NCBI GenBank assembly: GCA_964016885.1
Contig: CAXHJY010000255.1
Location: 1-64,000, forward strand
Source: Eledone cirrhosa
Taxonomy: Eukaryota
Reading direction: 5' to 3'
DNA length: 64,000 bases
Both the position numbers and the translations under genes were made by a program. Shown one piece after another: positions 23,751 to 38,345 of this stretch (positions are counted from its first letter, which is position 1; every line of letters begins with the position of its first letter). A model generated the notes under the pieces. That model saw only the letters and a program-made list of their open reading frames with translations, did no database searches and was not told where the DNA came from.

Positions 23751-24340
23751 ATGTGTGCACATTGCTTCATTTCTCTTCGACTTTTGCATATCCTCTGCAG
23801 TCACTGCTCATATCACTCAGCCATGCAACACCACACACATGCACCATACAGCCGGCCTTTCTTTTGTAGAGATAAATCTTTTGATGTCAACAGAGGTAGT
23901 AGCTCCCTAAAGTTCTTCCATCCTGTCTTTACTCTGGCTACTATGTTCTCAGAATAACCTCAAGTGTTTATCAAATCACCTAGGTAACAGAAGCTATCAA
24001 CCACTTCTATAGTACCTTTATTGTTAACAGAGGTAGTAGTTCCCTGAACTTTTTTCCAAGCTGTCCTTATTCAAGCTACTATGTTCTCAGAACAACCTCC
24101 TCCACTGTTAATCAGATCACCTAAGTAACAGAAGCTATCAACTATTTCTATGGATCCCTCCTGAGATTGGACAGAGTTTATATCATTAATGCTCTTACAC
24201 TATCCCTGTGCAAATGCTACATGCAAAGTTTATCTTCACTGTTAGTCTGCTGTTATCCCACTACATCTCTTGTATAGAGTTACTACCTACTCCTTTTCTA
24301 CATATTGAACAAGAATGAACTTTGACTGATTTACCTCCCT
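23750..24340 (-). mobile_element. Decayed RTE LINE fragment
   Basis: Minus-strand IEVVDSFCYLGD (duplicated), KGRLY, VTAEDM. Confidence 0.7.
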
Positions 24341-24587
24341 TGCTGAACCCTAGTTTTCTAATGCAGTGATACTTGTGCCACAAGAAAAACACCCCCACCC
24401 CATGTATATATAATTAAACTTTTAATCATCATCATTTTACGTCCACTTTTCCCTGCTTGCAAGGTTGGGCCATCATTTCTAATAATCTATATTTGCTCTG
24501 TGGTTGTATGTAAGTATGTGAGTGTATATATGTGGTGTATATGTATGTCTCTCACTCTCTCTTTCTATACACACACACAGTGTATAT

Positions 24588-24753
<166 letters not shown>

Positions 24754-25136
24754 GAGACGTATAGAGATTGTTTTAGCAAGAAGCTAACAGCATTCTATAA
24801 CATATATATATATATATATATATACACACTCATATACAGAGTCACTATAGTGAGATATAGCGAGTCTTGAACATTTAAAACCTGACAGACCATCTCTCTC
24901 TCTCTCCAGGTCTGAACACAGCTGATTTCTTCCACAGAGAGAGAGAGAGGCCACACCCATACTGGACTGGTGTTTTTCACACACATAATAAGAGAGAGAC
25001 TGATGGAGAGGAAGAAACGACCCTGGTGTTGGACCAATACTTTGTTTATCGGCCTCAAAAAGATTAACGGCAAAGATGACTTCAGTGAGATTTGAACCTG
25101 AAATGCCACAAATACTGGCAAACCATTGTGATGTTT

Positions 25137-25900
25137 CATCATCATCATCATCATCATTTAACGTCCATATTCCACGCTTGCATGGGTTTAGACGGGAGTT
25201 TTCCCACTTGAGACAAGATTGGTCGTCTTGCTCGCATAGGACTGTCTGCAAGGGTTTTCTATGGCTGGATGCCCTTCCTAACACCAACCACATTTACAGT
25301 GTGGGACTGGGAGGTTTTTACCGTGTTACCTACACGGCCACATTACAGCGTGGACTGTCTGGCGGGTTTTCTACAGCTGGATGCCCTTCCTAACACCAAC
25401 CACATTTACAGTGTGGGTCTGGGAGGTTTTTACCGTGTTACCTACACGGCCACATTACAGCGTGGACTGTCTGGCGGGTTTTCTACAGCTGGATGCCCTT
25501 CCTAACACCAACCATATTTACAGTGTGGGTCTGGGAGGTTTTTACCGTGTTACCTACACGGCCACATTACAGCGTGGACTGTCTGGCGGGTTTTCTACAG
25601 CTGGATGCCCTTCCTAACACCAACCACATTTACAGTGTGGGGCTGGGAGGTTTTTACCGTGTTACCTACACGGCCATATTACAGCGTGGACTGTCTGGCG
25701 GGTTTTCTACAGCTGGATGCCCTTCCTAACACCAACCACATTTACAGTGTGGGTCTGGGAGGTTTTTACCGTGTTGCCTACACGGCCACATTACAGCGTG
25801 GACTGTGTGTGTTTTTTTTGTCGTGACACCTACACTACCTCATTTGTTTCGGACTGGATGGTGTGGTACCAACATAACTTTACATCGAAAGGGGTGGTAT
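25137..25900 (-). mobile_element. RTE-tailed SINE with 5 internal 112-bp units
   Basis: Same family as 1809-2340. Confidence 0.8.
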
Positions 25901-26292
25901 TGATATGGGTGGGGGGTAGTGGGACGGGTGGTTTGAAAGACTATAATGACACATATGATCACATGTTTATATTGTAAACTATAAAGTTAGCATGCATTAC
26001 AGGAACTGGTGTATTATATATTTTGGTGCTGGTGTACTGAGGAATGTTGCGGTAATATTTCCAGCAGTATCCCCTGGCAACATGCCAAACATCTACTTTT
26101 AGCAGTTGGCTCAGCACTAGATTTCATCAATGAAAAGTCTTACCTCCCCAAACACCATTACCACGAATTATCAGTAAACAGTTTGTCTTTGGTGTCAGTG
26201 GCCTAGCTCCTCCAGATCTGGAGATCTGGAGGCCACTGACACCAAAGTTCTTGTCAACGTTGGTGACACTCCGTTATACAGTGATGCCTCAG

Positions 26293-26294
<2 letters not shown>

Positions 26295-26332
<38 letters not shown>

Positions 26333-26910
26333 ATACATACGCACATACATACGCACTCACACACACACTCATACATACATACATATGCACACACACACAC
26401 ACACTCATACATACACACACACACACACATATGCACTCACACACTCATACACACACACACACACATACGCACTCACACACACACTCATACATACATACAA
26501 ATGCACACACACACACACACTCATACATACATACGCACTCACACACACACTCATACATACATACATATGCACACACACACACACTCATACATACATACGC
26601 ACGCACACACACACACACACACACATACATGTATACATAAATACATGCATGTAAATACATACATACATATGTGAATGCAAACACACACACATACATATGC
26701 ACACACACACAGTCATACATACATACGCACACACACACACACACAGTCATACATACATACGCACACACACACACACACAGTCATACATACATACGCACAC
26801 ACACACACACACACACACACATACATACATGTATACATAAATACATGCATGTAAATACATACATACATATGTGAATGCAAACACACACACACACACACAT
26901 ACATACATAT
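26295..26910. repeat. Compound (CA)n/(CATA)n microsatellite
   Basis: Direct inspection. Confidence 0.9.
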
Positions 26911-26959
26911 AACTCACAGTAATGTTGCCAGTGTGTTGGATTACATTAATGACTATATA

Positions 26960-27470
26960 AGGGCGGCGGTGGATTGGCAGCATCGGTAGAGAGTCGAACT
27001 CCATGCTTTGAAGCATGGAGTTACGTCCCTTTTATGATCTGAGTTCAAATCCCGCCGAGGTTGACTTTGCCTTTCATCCTTATGTGGTCGATAAAATAAA
27101 GTACCAGTAATGTACTGGCATTGTGCCTAAAGTAGAAACAATTATTATTATTATTGTTAACTTTGCCTTTCATCCTTATGTGGTCGATAAAATAAAGTAC
27201 CAGTAATGTACTGGGGTAATTGCTGGCCTTGTGCCTAAAGTAGAAACAATTATTATTATTATTGTTAACTTTGCCTTTCATCCTTATGTGGTCGATAAAA
27301 TAAAGTACCAGTAATGTACTGGGGTAATTGCTGGCCTTGTGCCTAAAGTAGAAACAATTATTATTATTATTGTTAATTTTGCCTTTCATCCTTATGTGGT
27401 CGATAAAATAAAGTACCAGTAATGTACTGGGGTAATTGCTGGCATTGTGCCTAAAATAGAAACAATTGAT
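26960..27470 (+). mobile_element. Meta-domain SINE whose 3' half is tandemly repeated four times (~108 bp)
   Basis: One head followed by repeats starting near 27061, 27157, 27265 and 27373. Confidence 0.8.
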
Positions 27471-27877
27471 AACTATATAGATTTTTTGGGGGGGTGGGGG
27501 GGTCGACACCAATGTCGGATTGGTAAAATAAAGTACCAATCCGACATTGGTGTCGATTCTCCACCCCCAAAAAATAAATAACTATTAGAGGGAGACTCCA
27601 AAGACGGTGTCCTGTATGATCTAATATACGGGTTTCCCTCTTCCTTTTTTTTTTTTTTACTGCCATAAGTAGAATTATTTACAGATTTTAAAAAATGTAA
27701 TTTACATTTGAAAAAAAAAAAAAGTTTATATATTGAATTTATACTCTAAAGACTTAGCCCTGCGGGCATATTTGAAACTATCATAAAATAGACATCATAC
27801 TGATTCCCCTATTCTCCCTTCTTACCTTTTCTACACCTCAGTGTCCTTCTATGTCCACACATTGGACTACAGTCATA

Positions 27878-28047
27878 GAGGGTCGGACGCCATGCTTTAA
27901 AGCATGGAGTTACGTCCCTTTACGATCTGAGTTCAAATCCCGCCGAGGTTGACTTTGCCTTTCATCCTTACGGGGGTCGATACAATAAAGTACCAGTAAT
28001 GCACTGGGTAATTGCTGGCCTTGTGCCTAAAGTAGAAACAATTATTG
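27878..28047 (+). mobile_element. Meta-domain SINE (5' truncated)
   Basis: Family consensus match. Confidence 0.8.
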
Positions 28048-28621
28048 TTCTCTTCTATTTTACTATTTCTCCCCTTTCTATATTTTTTCTCCTTTGGCTC
28101 AGCCCTTACACACTCTATATTTGTCATTTTCAACCTAAACACATAACTCGTCTCTACCTGTTCCGTTATGTTCCAATATGTATTGGAATGAATGGTATCA
28201 ACCTTAATGGACTGATACCGTAGTAATTTCCAAAGGTTGACTGAGGAGATAGGAGTGTCTGTCTTTCTTTTTCTTTTTTTTTTCCATTGTCTTTGTCCTG
28301 TCCACTTCCTATTTTGAATATATATATATAAATATAATCAATCTTAATTTCTTCATTCCTTCATAATAATTGTGTGTGTATGTGTATGTATGTGTGTGTG
28401 TATGTGTGTATATAAATGTGTGTGTATGTGAGTACATGTATGTTTGTGTTTCTATGTGTGTGTATATATATGTACGTGTGTGTATGCATGTATGTATGCA
28501 TGCATGCATGTATGTATATGTCTGCATGCATGTGTGTGCAGGTATGGATGTTATTGTATGTGTGGCTGTGAATGTTTTGAGTTGTATGTGTGCATGTGTT
28601 TCTGTACATGTCTATATGTAG

Positions 28622-30030
28622 TTATTGCATGCTGTATTTCTGAAATGTTTTACATATTTTTACTGTTCCATTAATGGATTGTACTTGTAGTTTCCTAACT
28701 AGTTGTGTTCTTTCTGTTCCTGTGAAGCCCAGCTTCTCAAGATTTGTATTGAGGCAGTTACTGACATATCCCAGTGCCCCAATAATCACTGGTATGAATC
28801 TGAAGGTATAATCAGGGTGGAGTATTTGCAGTGCTATATGTCACTAGGCCTCCCCTGTTTCATGTAGAAGTGCTATATGTCACTAGGCCTGCCCTGTTTC
28901 ATGTAGAAGTGCTATATGTCACTAGGCCTCCCCTGTTTCATGTAGAAGTGGTATATATCACTAGGCCTCCCCTGTTTCATGTAGAAGTGCTATATGTCAC
29001 TAGGCCTCCCCTGTTTCATGTAGAAGTGCTATATGTCACTAGGCCTGCCCTGTTTCATGTAGAAGTGGTATATGTCACTAGGCCTGCCCTGTTTCATGTA
29101 GAAGTGCTATATGTCACTAGGCCTCCCCTGTTTCATGTAGAAGTGCTATATATCACTAGACCTCCCCTGTTTCATGTAGAAGCGCTATATATCACTAGGC
29201 CTGCCCTGTTTCATGTAGAAGTGGTATATGTCACTAGGTCTCCCCTGTTTCATGTAGAAGTGCTATATGTCACTAGGCCTGCCCTGTTTCATGTAGAAGC
29301 GCTATATATCAGTGTGATATGTTAGGCCTCCCCTGTTTCATGTAGAAGCGCTATATGTCAGTGTGATATGGACATTTCCAGTGCCAGAACTTTTGGGCTT
29401 GTAACATCAATGACTTGGCTCTTATCTAACTTCCAGTCAAGTAGTTCAAATGTTGATGTTAGGACAGGCTAAACAAACTTATTGTGGATTTATTGTGCAC
29501 AGAGATTTCAGATGACCATATTTTTCTTATTTGGATGTTATATTCCCTGGTTAATTGTTCCTTGTTACAAATTCCAACATAGAATATGTTCTTATCTATC
29601 CCTGAGTATCAATCCCTCATCAAATACTAGTGAAACAGTTAGGCCATTGATGAAAATGTTGCTAGATTGACTTGTAGTTTTTCCTCACTTTACAATCATA
29701 TATGAACATTTATCTTGGCCAAACTCCATTCCTATATCTTTCGAGAACATTGTAACCAGGTGAAGGTTTTTCTTCATCCCATCTATGTTCTTGGCATAGT
29801 TTCAGGTCATCCACAAAGAAATTATGGGTTACGTTCGTATTTCTGTCCTCCTCTGAACCAATGATGTATCCTTCACATTTCTTGAGCATAAAGGGCAATA
29901 GTTTTAATGACAGGATAAATAGTATCAGAGAGAGACTGTCTCCTTGAAATATACCCCTGTGATGTTCTATTTTATCAGTGAAAATAAAGCCGTCCTTCTC
30001 TGTTTTTAACTTTAGGATAGTGACCCAGTT
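28622..30030 (-). mobile_element. Internally deleted R4/Dong-like LINE with ~13-14 units of the 39-bp repeat
   Basis: RGIFQGDSLS, HNFFVDDLKL, a segment near-identical to 19920-20290, then the array, then C-terminal FIPVIIGALGYV...KICKTF. Confidence 0.8.
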
Positions 30031-30234
30031 TTAAGCTAGAAAAACCTTTATTCAGTGGAATACTTGATACTTCAGATAGTAGAGTGTAAATACATTAGAG
30101 AGCTGGTGGCCTAACAGCTGAGCTCTTGCTGTTTCAACAGTGATGTGTGTGTGTGTTGTGTGTGTTGTGTGTTGTGTGTGTGTGTGTGTGAATATGTATA
30201 TATGTATGTGTGTGTATTCTGAAAGAGTGAAAAT

Positions 30235-30730
30235 ACGAAAGAAAAGTTCAGGGAGCTACTATTGCTGCTAGTTACAAAAGGTTGTTTTCCCCTCAAAATA
30301 AAAGGTAGATTGTATGATACTTGTGTACAAACAGTAATGCCACATGGCAGTGAGACGTGGGCAATATTTGCAGAGGACCTACGAAGATTGGAAAGAAATG
30401 AAGCCTGCAAACTCTGATGAATGTGTAATAGTAGTGTGCTAGTGAGGGAATTGTGGTGGTATAGGCCTGTGATGTGTATGAAGGATGACAGCTGTAGAAA
30501 AAGGCATAAGAGGAGTGTGGTGGTATAGACATGTGATGTGTATGGGGGATGACAGCTGTAGAAAAAGGAGCAGGGCACTCAAAGTTAATGGAAATTATAG
30601 AACAGGAAGACCTAGGAAAGCTTGAGATGAAGTGATAAAAGCTAACATTGTCCAATTAAACCTCACAAAGGAGATGGCACAGGATCGAGAGCTCTAGTGT
30701 CATGCTGTACTACAGAAGACCCACCTTCCC
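30235..30730 (+). mobile_element. Decayed RTE 3' fragment
   Basis: KFRELLLL, GRLYDTCV, HGSETW motifs. Confidence 0.7.
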
Positions 30731-31914
30731 ATGTACACAAAATGAAATGAAACAAATATGTAGAGGATACACTAGCCTACAGCAATGCTTTGTACCCCCT
30801 CCCCCTACTTTAATACCCTGATCACACCTAAATACTCTATGCACCTAATTGATGTCGTATTCATCTTCTTCCCCCACACACACACACACACACCCCAACC
30901 CTGATTCAACTCACCTGCCCACTGTCCAGCCCATGAAAGCGAGACATGCTCAACATCTGACCTCCCGTAATGCTGTGACATGACAAAAAGCACAAAGTCC
31001 ATCTTGTATGCTGATCTGGCATCACAACAAAAGCATCCAGTCGACCCTCTAAGATGGTCGTATGGTGCCACAATAAAAATTACCCAGTCCACTCTGTAAC
31101 ATTGTTGGTGTTAGGAACGACATCCAGCCATAGACATTTTAATCAATACACAAAATATCGATCATATTGCCTGACATTGCATGGTCCAAGGTAAAAATAG
31201 CAGCTTGTTAGGCCCTTATGTCAATTCTACTAAAATTAAAATTATTATTAGTAGCAGAAATACATCAGTTAATATTGTTTAGAGAAAATGTGTCTAGGTG
31301 ATATTAACGGATGTACTATTGTGTGTGTGTGTGTGCGTGTGTGTGTGTGTGTGTGCGTGCATGTGTGTGTAAGCAGCCAACGCACACTGTGAATGTGGTT
31401 GCCATTAGGAAGGGTATCTGACCATAGAAACCAAGCAAAAATTAGTTCTGTGAGAGCAAAACAAGGTTCTCTGACCTGGATGTCTCACAACAGGACAGCA
31501 TGTCTTACCCATGGTAAGGTGGATATTAAACAATGGTGATGATGATGATGATGATATATGACATTCTATAGTGATTAGCGGCGGCTGCGGCGGCGGGTGG
31601 GGTGGGGGTGACGATGGTGAGTACCTAGCTGCTCTTTTCTGGAGAACTTTCAGTCCTCCAGGGCACATAGATTGGATGACTTCCAGAAATCCCTGGCCTG
31701 GCACTGCTACCAGGGAGCTTTGGCAGTTCAAGATAAACTCTACAGGCATGGCAGTGCCCCCAGCCAGGCCTGTCGGGGGTGCGCAGAGGGCGAGAAAGCC
31801 GTCTTGCATGCACATGTTCAAGTGAATCCATTGTGAAGATCACCCCCACCACCCTCCTTTAACAAGGAAGGGCAGGCAATTTTTGTCTGCCTGGTAGGTA
31901 TAGCAAAAGAGGTT

Positions 31915-31917
31915 GTA

Positions 31918-31949
<32 letters not shown>

Positions 31950-32425
31950 CACACATTATATATATGTGTGTATATATATATATACACACATTATATATAT
32001 GTGTGTATATATATATATATATATACACACATTATATATATATGTGTGTATATATATATATATACACACATTATATATATAATGTGTGTATATATATATA
32101 TACACACATTATATATATGTGTGTATATATATATATATATACACACATTATATATATAATGTGTATATATATATATATATATACACACATTATATATATA
32201 TGTGTGTATATATATATATATACACACATTATATATATAATGTGTGTATATATATATATACACACATTATATATATATGTGTGTATATATATATATATAT
32301 ATACACATTATATATATAATGTGTGTATATATATATATATATACACACATATATAATGTGTGTATATATATATATATATACACACACATTATATATATAA
32401 TGTGTGTATATATATATATATATAT
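31915..32425. repeat. TA-rich palindromic minisatellite (tgtgtg(ta)n cacaca)
   Basis: Direct inspection. Confidence 0.85.
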
Positions 32426-32444
32426 ACGAAATCAAAGAAGCAAA

Positions 32445-32860
32445 CTTTGTTTGTTTTCAATGTTTAACAATATATAGTAGTAAGACATGGCCATTGTGTG
32501 CAGAGGATCTACGCAGATCGGAAAGAAACGAAGCCTGCATGCTCCGATGGATGTGTAATAGTAATATACACAAACAGCATAGCATAAACGAATTAAGTGA
32601 GAAAAGAGGGATCAGATGCAGTTTACTAGAGAGGAGATTACGTTGGTATGGTCATGTGATACATATGAAAGACGACAGCTGTATAACAAAGTGCAGGGCA
32701 ATCAAAATTGTGGAAGCTGTGGAGTAGGAAAACCCAGGAAGACCTGGGACGAGGTGATAAAATCTGACCTTGCACACTTACACCTCTCTAAGACGATGAC
32801 ACAGGATCGAGATCTTTGGCGCTATGTAGTAATACAGCAAACCCACCTTCCCTTGCGCAC
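32445..32860 (+). mobile_element. RTE 3' fragment
   Basis: ERNEACMLRWMC, RRLRWYGHV, KPRKTW. Confidence 0.75.
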
Positions 32861-32999
32861 GGACTTAAACGTACACTCAGTAGGCATCTTTTAAACCAAT
32901 ATACACCCTACACCCCCAACACCTCCCTCCCACACCTCCCGTACTCTGTAAAATTATGTTGCTACCACAAAGTATCCAGCCCACACAGTAAAGTAGTTG

Positions 33000-33258
33000 T
33001 GTAGGAGTCACGACAAAAAGCACCCAGCCTACACTGTGAAGTGTTCATATAGGTGTCACAACAAAAGGAACCCACCACACACTGTAAATGTGGTTGGCGT
33101 TAGGAAGGGCATCCAGCCGTAGAAAACCAGCCAAAAACAGTCCTATACAAGCGAGACTCGGTCACCCGACTAAATTTGCCTCAAATGGGATAAACCCGTC
33201 TAACCCATGTTGCATGGAAGATAGACGTTAAATGATGATGATGGTAATGATGATGATA
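33000..33258 (+). mobile_element. RTE-tailed SINE (older subfamily)
   Basis: GGTTGGCGTTAGGAAGGGCATCCAGCCGTAGAAA motif and GAT tail. Confidence 0.65.
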
Positions 33259-34574
33259 TATATATACACACGCACACTTTTTCGTAATATGTTGACTAAC
33301 CAAAGCTGTGTAATCAACACTATAATCAGTAAATAATGATGCAATTAGGTTCAAGCACTCAATGTCATGTATATCCTACCAAATGTAATTTAGTAGTCCA
33401 TGACAAAATATACATACAATAATGATAATTGTGAAGGTCAGTTGAAAATATTAATTTCTCATTTTATTCAGAATCTGCCACAATACATATTTCTGGGGTG
33501 TTAATAATTACACAATACTACCATCACACAACCAACACAACTTCCTGAGACAGCATCTTAAGTAATAAGGTTGTTATGTAACATTTCCATTCCAATGTAT
33601 GTTATAGATAAAGGGATGAACTGATGCATGTTTGTTCTTCAGCAGCCTGTCCCTTTTGTATATCATCATCATCATCCTTTTACGTCCGCTTTTCCTTGCT
33701 TGCAAGGGTGAGACGGGTCCTTTTCAGCATCTTTCCATTTGTCACGGTCCTTCATCATTTCCTCCATGAGCTTCAGCGATCTGAGGTCAGCTCTCACCAC
33801 CTATGCCCATGATTTTCATATAAAAATTCATATAAAAAGCTTTATAAAAAGGTGCAGGCTACTCAAAGCTGAAGGAAACTTTGAAAGAGGGAAACCTAGG
33901 AAAGCTTGGAATGTGGCTATAAAAGCTGATCGTGCACAATTAAACTGAAAGGTGTTGACACTGGATCAAGACCTCTGGTGTCTCTACTGCAGGAGACCCA
34001 TCTTTGCAAGTGTACAGGATGAAGAAAACATCTAGAGGACATTAGTATACACCAAATTTCCTGTTTCCCTTCCTCATCCATACACTTCACATGTCTTAAC
34101 ATAGTCCTCCTTCCCTGGCTAAGTACCCCACTTTAGACATATCTCTCCAAACCTTGTCCTGCATACATGCACCACACCCTCCCCCAATCCCCACCCTTCC
34201 ACATCTAATATAGCTCTCTTGTCCAACCCATACAAGCTTGGAAAGCAGGACACATTTATCCCAATGCTGCTGAAATGGCTAAAAGCTCTCATTCCAGCAT
34301 GTAAGGTGGTCATGCTGGTGACACAAGAAAAGCCCCTAGTCTACGATATAAGGGCCTTGTGCTGGTGACATAAAAGAGAAGCCAGTCCACTCTGTTAGGT
34401 GGTCAAGCTGGTTAAAAGACAAATAAGTACCCAGAACACACTGTAAAGTGGTTGGTGTTAGGAAGGGCAACCAGCTGCAGAAACAAAGTGAGAAACCATT
34501 CTGTATGAGAAAAACAGATCTGAATTGTCTCACAATGGGACAACTTGTCTAACCCATGGTAGAGTGGAAAATAA

Positions 34575-34885
34575 AAGTAGAATGTGCAATGCAAATGTGA
34601 GAGAAAGTCAGAACTTGGATGAACTGAGGGAGAAACTGAGAATAAGAGGTGATGTGCAGGAGAAAAGTCTGAGTTGATACGGACATGTAATGTGCTTGGA
34701 TGATCACTGGGTGAAGAAGTGCTGAGAAATGCCAGTGGAAGGAAGAGGTAGACCAAGGAAAAGCTGGGCAGAGGTTATGAGAGCTGATCTCAAATTGCTG
34801 AAACTCACAGAAGAGATGACGATGGAACGCAGCATGTGGAGAGATGCTAGGCTGAGAAGGACCAATCTAACCATTGAAAAAAACA
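34575..34885 (+). mobile_element. RTE 3' fragment
   Basis: MPVEGRGRPRKSWAEVMRADL. Confidence 0.7.
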
Positions 34886-35133
34886 TGAGAGAGTGTTATT
34901 TCAGAAACCAAACCAGAAAATGCTTGATCAGCAGTTTCATTCTACTATTTTTTGGATCTATTCCTATTTTCCTACAATTACTTCCATGTTAACCTTCCTC
35001 TAGGTAAAAATACAGCTAATACTTTAACTAAGGTGTTTCATAATTCAAGTACAAGGTTTTTCAGTTTTTTTGGCAACAAAATTGCTTTGTTGTAAGTTTT
35101 ATCTTTGTTTGATACACATACACACACACACAC

Positions 35134-35184
<51 letters not shown>

Positions 35185-35827
35185 CACATATATATATATA
35201 TACACACACACACATATATATATTTATACTTGAATATGTGTTTGTGTGTGTGTGTGCACGTGCGAGTATATCTTCATTATACTGTATTGCTTAGTTTGTT
35301 GATTCAGTTTACTTTTCACACACACACACACAGATACATACATATATATATATATACACTCACACACACACATATATATATATATATATACACTCACTCA
35401 CATACACACACATATACATACATATATACATTTAAGAATGTATATACCTATATACATATATCATATATATATAAATATATATGATATACGTGTGTAAAGA
35501 ATGTAGTTGGCAAGTAAACAAGAAATGGAATCTTAAGCCAATAAAAAAAGATTAAAACAAGATATATGGGTGTTGAACATAAAACTACAAGTAAACAACT
35601 GGAAAGAAAGAAAGCAACAGGATGCTGGGATTTTGGCAACATTTTCGTGATTATATTATTGTTGTTGTTGTTGTTCTGCTTCTTTTCATGTCAATATCCA
35701 CAAACACACATTACGTATTCTACACGTTACAATTATTTTACGTTACTATACATTCTACACATGTACCATTTTCTGCACAAATTTTGAGGTATACTTAATA
35801 AGTTTTGAGACTTTTCCTGTTCAGGAA

Positions 35828-38345
35828 CTTTTAATTGACCTTGATATGGTTATAATAAGTTAACATGACAGATCTTTTAATTGACCTACATAACTGTCAC
35901 TCTAATACACCCTTGATATGGTTATAATAAGTTAACCTGACATCTTTTAATTGACCTACATAACTGTCACTCTAATATATCCTTGATATGGTTATAATAA
36001 GTTAACCTGACATCTTTTAATTGACCTACATAACTGTCACTCTAATATATCCTTGATATGGTTATAAGTTAACATGACATCTTTTAACTGACCTACATAA
36101 CTGTCACTAATATATCCTTGATATGGTTATAATAAGTTAACCTGACAGATCTTTTAATTGACCTACATAACTGTCACTCTAATATATCCTTGATATGGTT
36201 ATAATAAGTTAACATGACACATCTTTTAATTGACCTACATAACTGTCACTCTAATATATCCTTGATATGGTTATAATAAGTTAACATGACACATCTTTTA
36301 ATTGACCTACATAACTGTCACTCTAATATATCCTTGATATGGTTATAATAAGTTAACATGACACATCTTTTAATTGACCTACATAACTGTCACTCTAATA
36401 TATCCTTGATATGGTTATAATAAGTTAACATGACACATCTTTTAACTGACCTACATAATTGTCACACTAATATATCCTTGGTATGGTTATAATAAGTTAA
36501 TATGACACATCTTTTAATTGACCTACATAACTGTCACTCTAATACACCCTTGTTATGGTTATAATAAGTTAATATGACACATCTTTTAATTGACCTACAT
36601 AACTGTCACTCTAATACACCCTTGTTATGGTTATAATAAGTTAACATGGCATCTTTTAACTGACCTACATAACTGTGACACTAATATATCCTTGATATGG
36701 TTATAATAAGTTAACCTGACACATCTTTTAATTGACCTACATAACTGTCAAACTAATATATCCTTGATATGGTTATAATAAGTTAACCTGACATCTTTTA
36801 ATTGACCTACATAACTGTCACTCTAATACACCCTTGATATGGTTATAATAAGTTAACCTGACAGATCTTTTAATTGACCTACATAACTGTCACTCTAATA
36901 CACCCTTGATATGGTTATAATAAGTTAACCTGACATCTTTTAATTGACCTACATAACTGTCACTCTAATATATCCTTGATATGGTTATAATAAGTTAACC
37001 TGACAGATCTTTTAATTGACCTACATAACTGTCACTCTAATACACCCTTGATATGGTTATAATAAGTTAACCCGACATCTTTTAATTGACCTACATAACT
37101 GTCACTCTAATATATCCTTGATATGGTTATAATAAGTTAACCTGACATCTTTTAATTGACCTACATAACTGTCACTCTAATATATCCTTGATATGGTTAT
37201 AAGTTAACATGACATCTTTTAACTGACCTACATAACTGTCACTAATATATCCTTGATATGGTTATAATAAGTTAATATGACACATCTTTTAATTGACCTA
37301 CATAACTGTCACTCTAATATATCCTTGATATGGTTATAATAAGTTAACCTGACACATCTTTTAATTGACCTACATAACTATCACTAATATATCCTTGATA
37401 TGGTTATAATAAGTTAACATGACACATCTTTTAATTGACCTACATAACTGTCACTCTAATACACCCTTGATATGGTTATAATAAGTTAACATGACATCTT
37501 TTAATTGACCTACATAACTGTCACACTAATATATCCTTGATATGGTTATAATAAGTTAACCTGACATCTTTTAATTGACCTACATAACTGTCACTCTAAT
37601 ATATCCTTGATATGGTTATAATAAGTTAACCTGACATCTTTTAATTGACCTACATAACTGTCACTCTAATACACCCTTGATATGGTTATAATAAGTTAAC
37701 CTGACATCTTTTAATTGACCTACATAACTGTCACTCTAATATATCCTTGATATGGTTATAAGTTAACATGACATCTTTTAATTGACCTACATAACTGTCA
37801 CTCTAATATATCCTTGATATGGTTATAATAAGTTAACCTGACATCTTTTAATTGACCTACATAACTGTCACTCTAATACACCCTTGATATGGTTATAATA
37901 AGTTAACATGACATCTTTTAATTGACCTACATAACTGTCACTCTAATACACCCTTGATATGGTTATAATAAGTTAACCTGACATCTTTAATTGACCTACA
38001 TAACTGTCACTCTAATATATCCTTGGTATGGTTATAATAAGTTAACCTGACATCTTTTAATTGACCTACATAACTGTCACTCTAATATATCTTTGATATG
38101 GTTATAATAAGTTAACATGACATCTTTTAATTGACCTACATAACTGTCACTCTAATATATCCTTGATTTGGTTATAATAAGTTAACATGACACATCTTTT
38201 AATTGACCTACATAACTGTCACTCTAATACACCCTTGATATGCGTTGGTTATAAGTTAACATAACACATCTTTTAATTGACCTACATAACTGTCACTCTA
38301 ATATGTCCTTAATATGGTTATAATAAGTTAACATGACAAATCTTT
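35828..38345. repeat. ~70-bp AT-rich minisatellite (~36 units)
   Basis: Unit catcttttaattgacctacataactgtcactctaatatatccttgatatggttataataagttaacctga. Confidence 0.95.

Noticed and set aside
31570-31910. GC-richer island with short ORFs
   Set aside because: No recognisable motif or convincing splice pair; possibly an old LINE ORF1 fragment, but unsupported.
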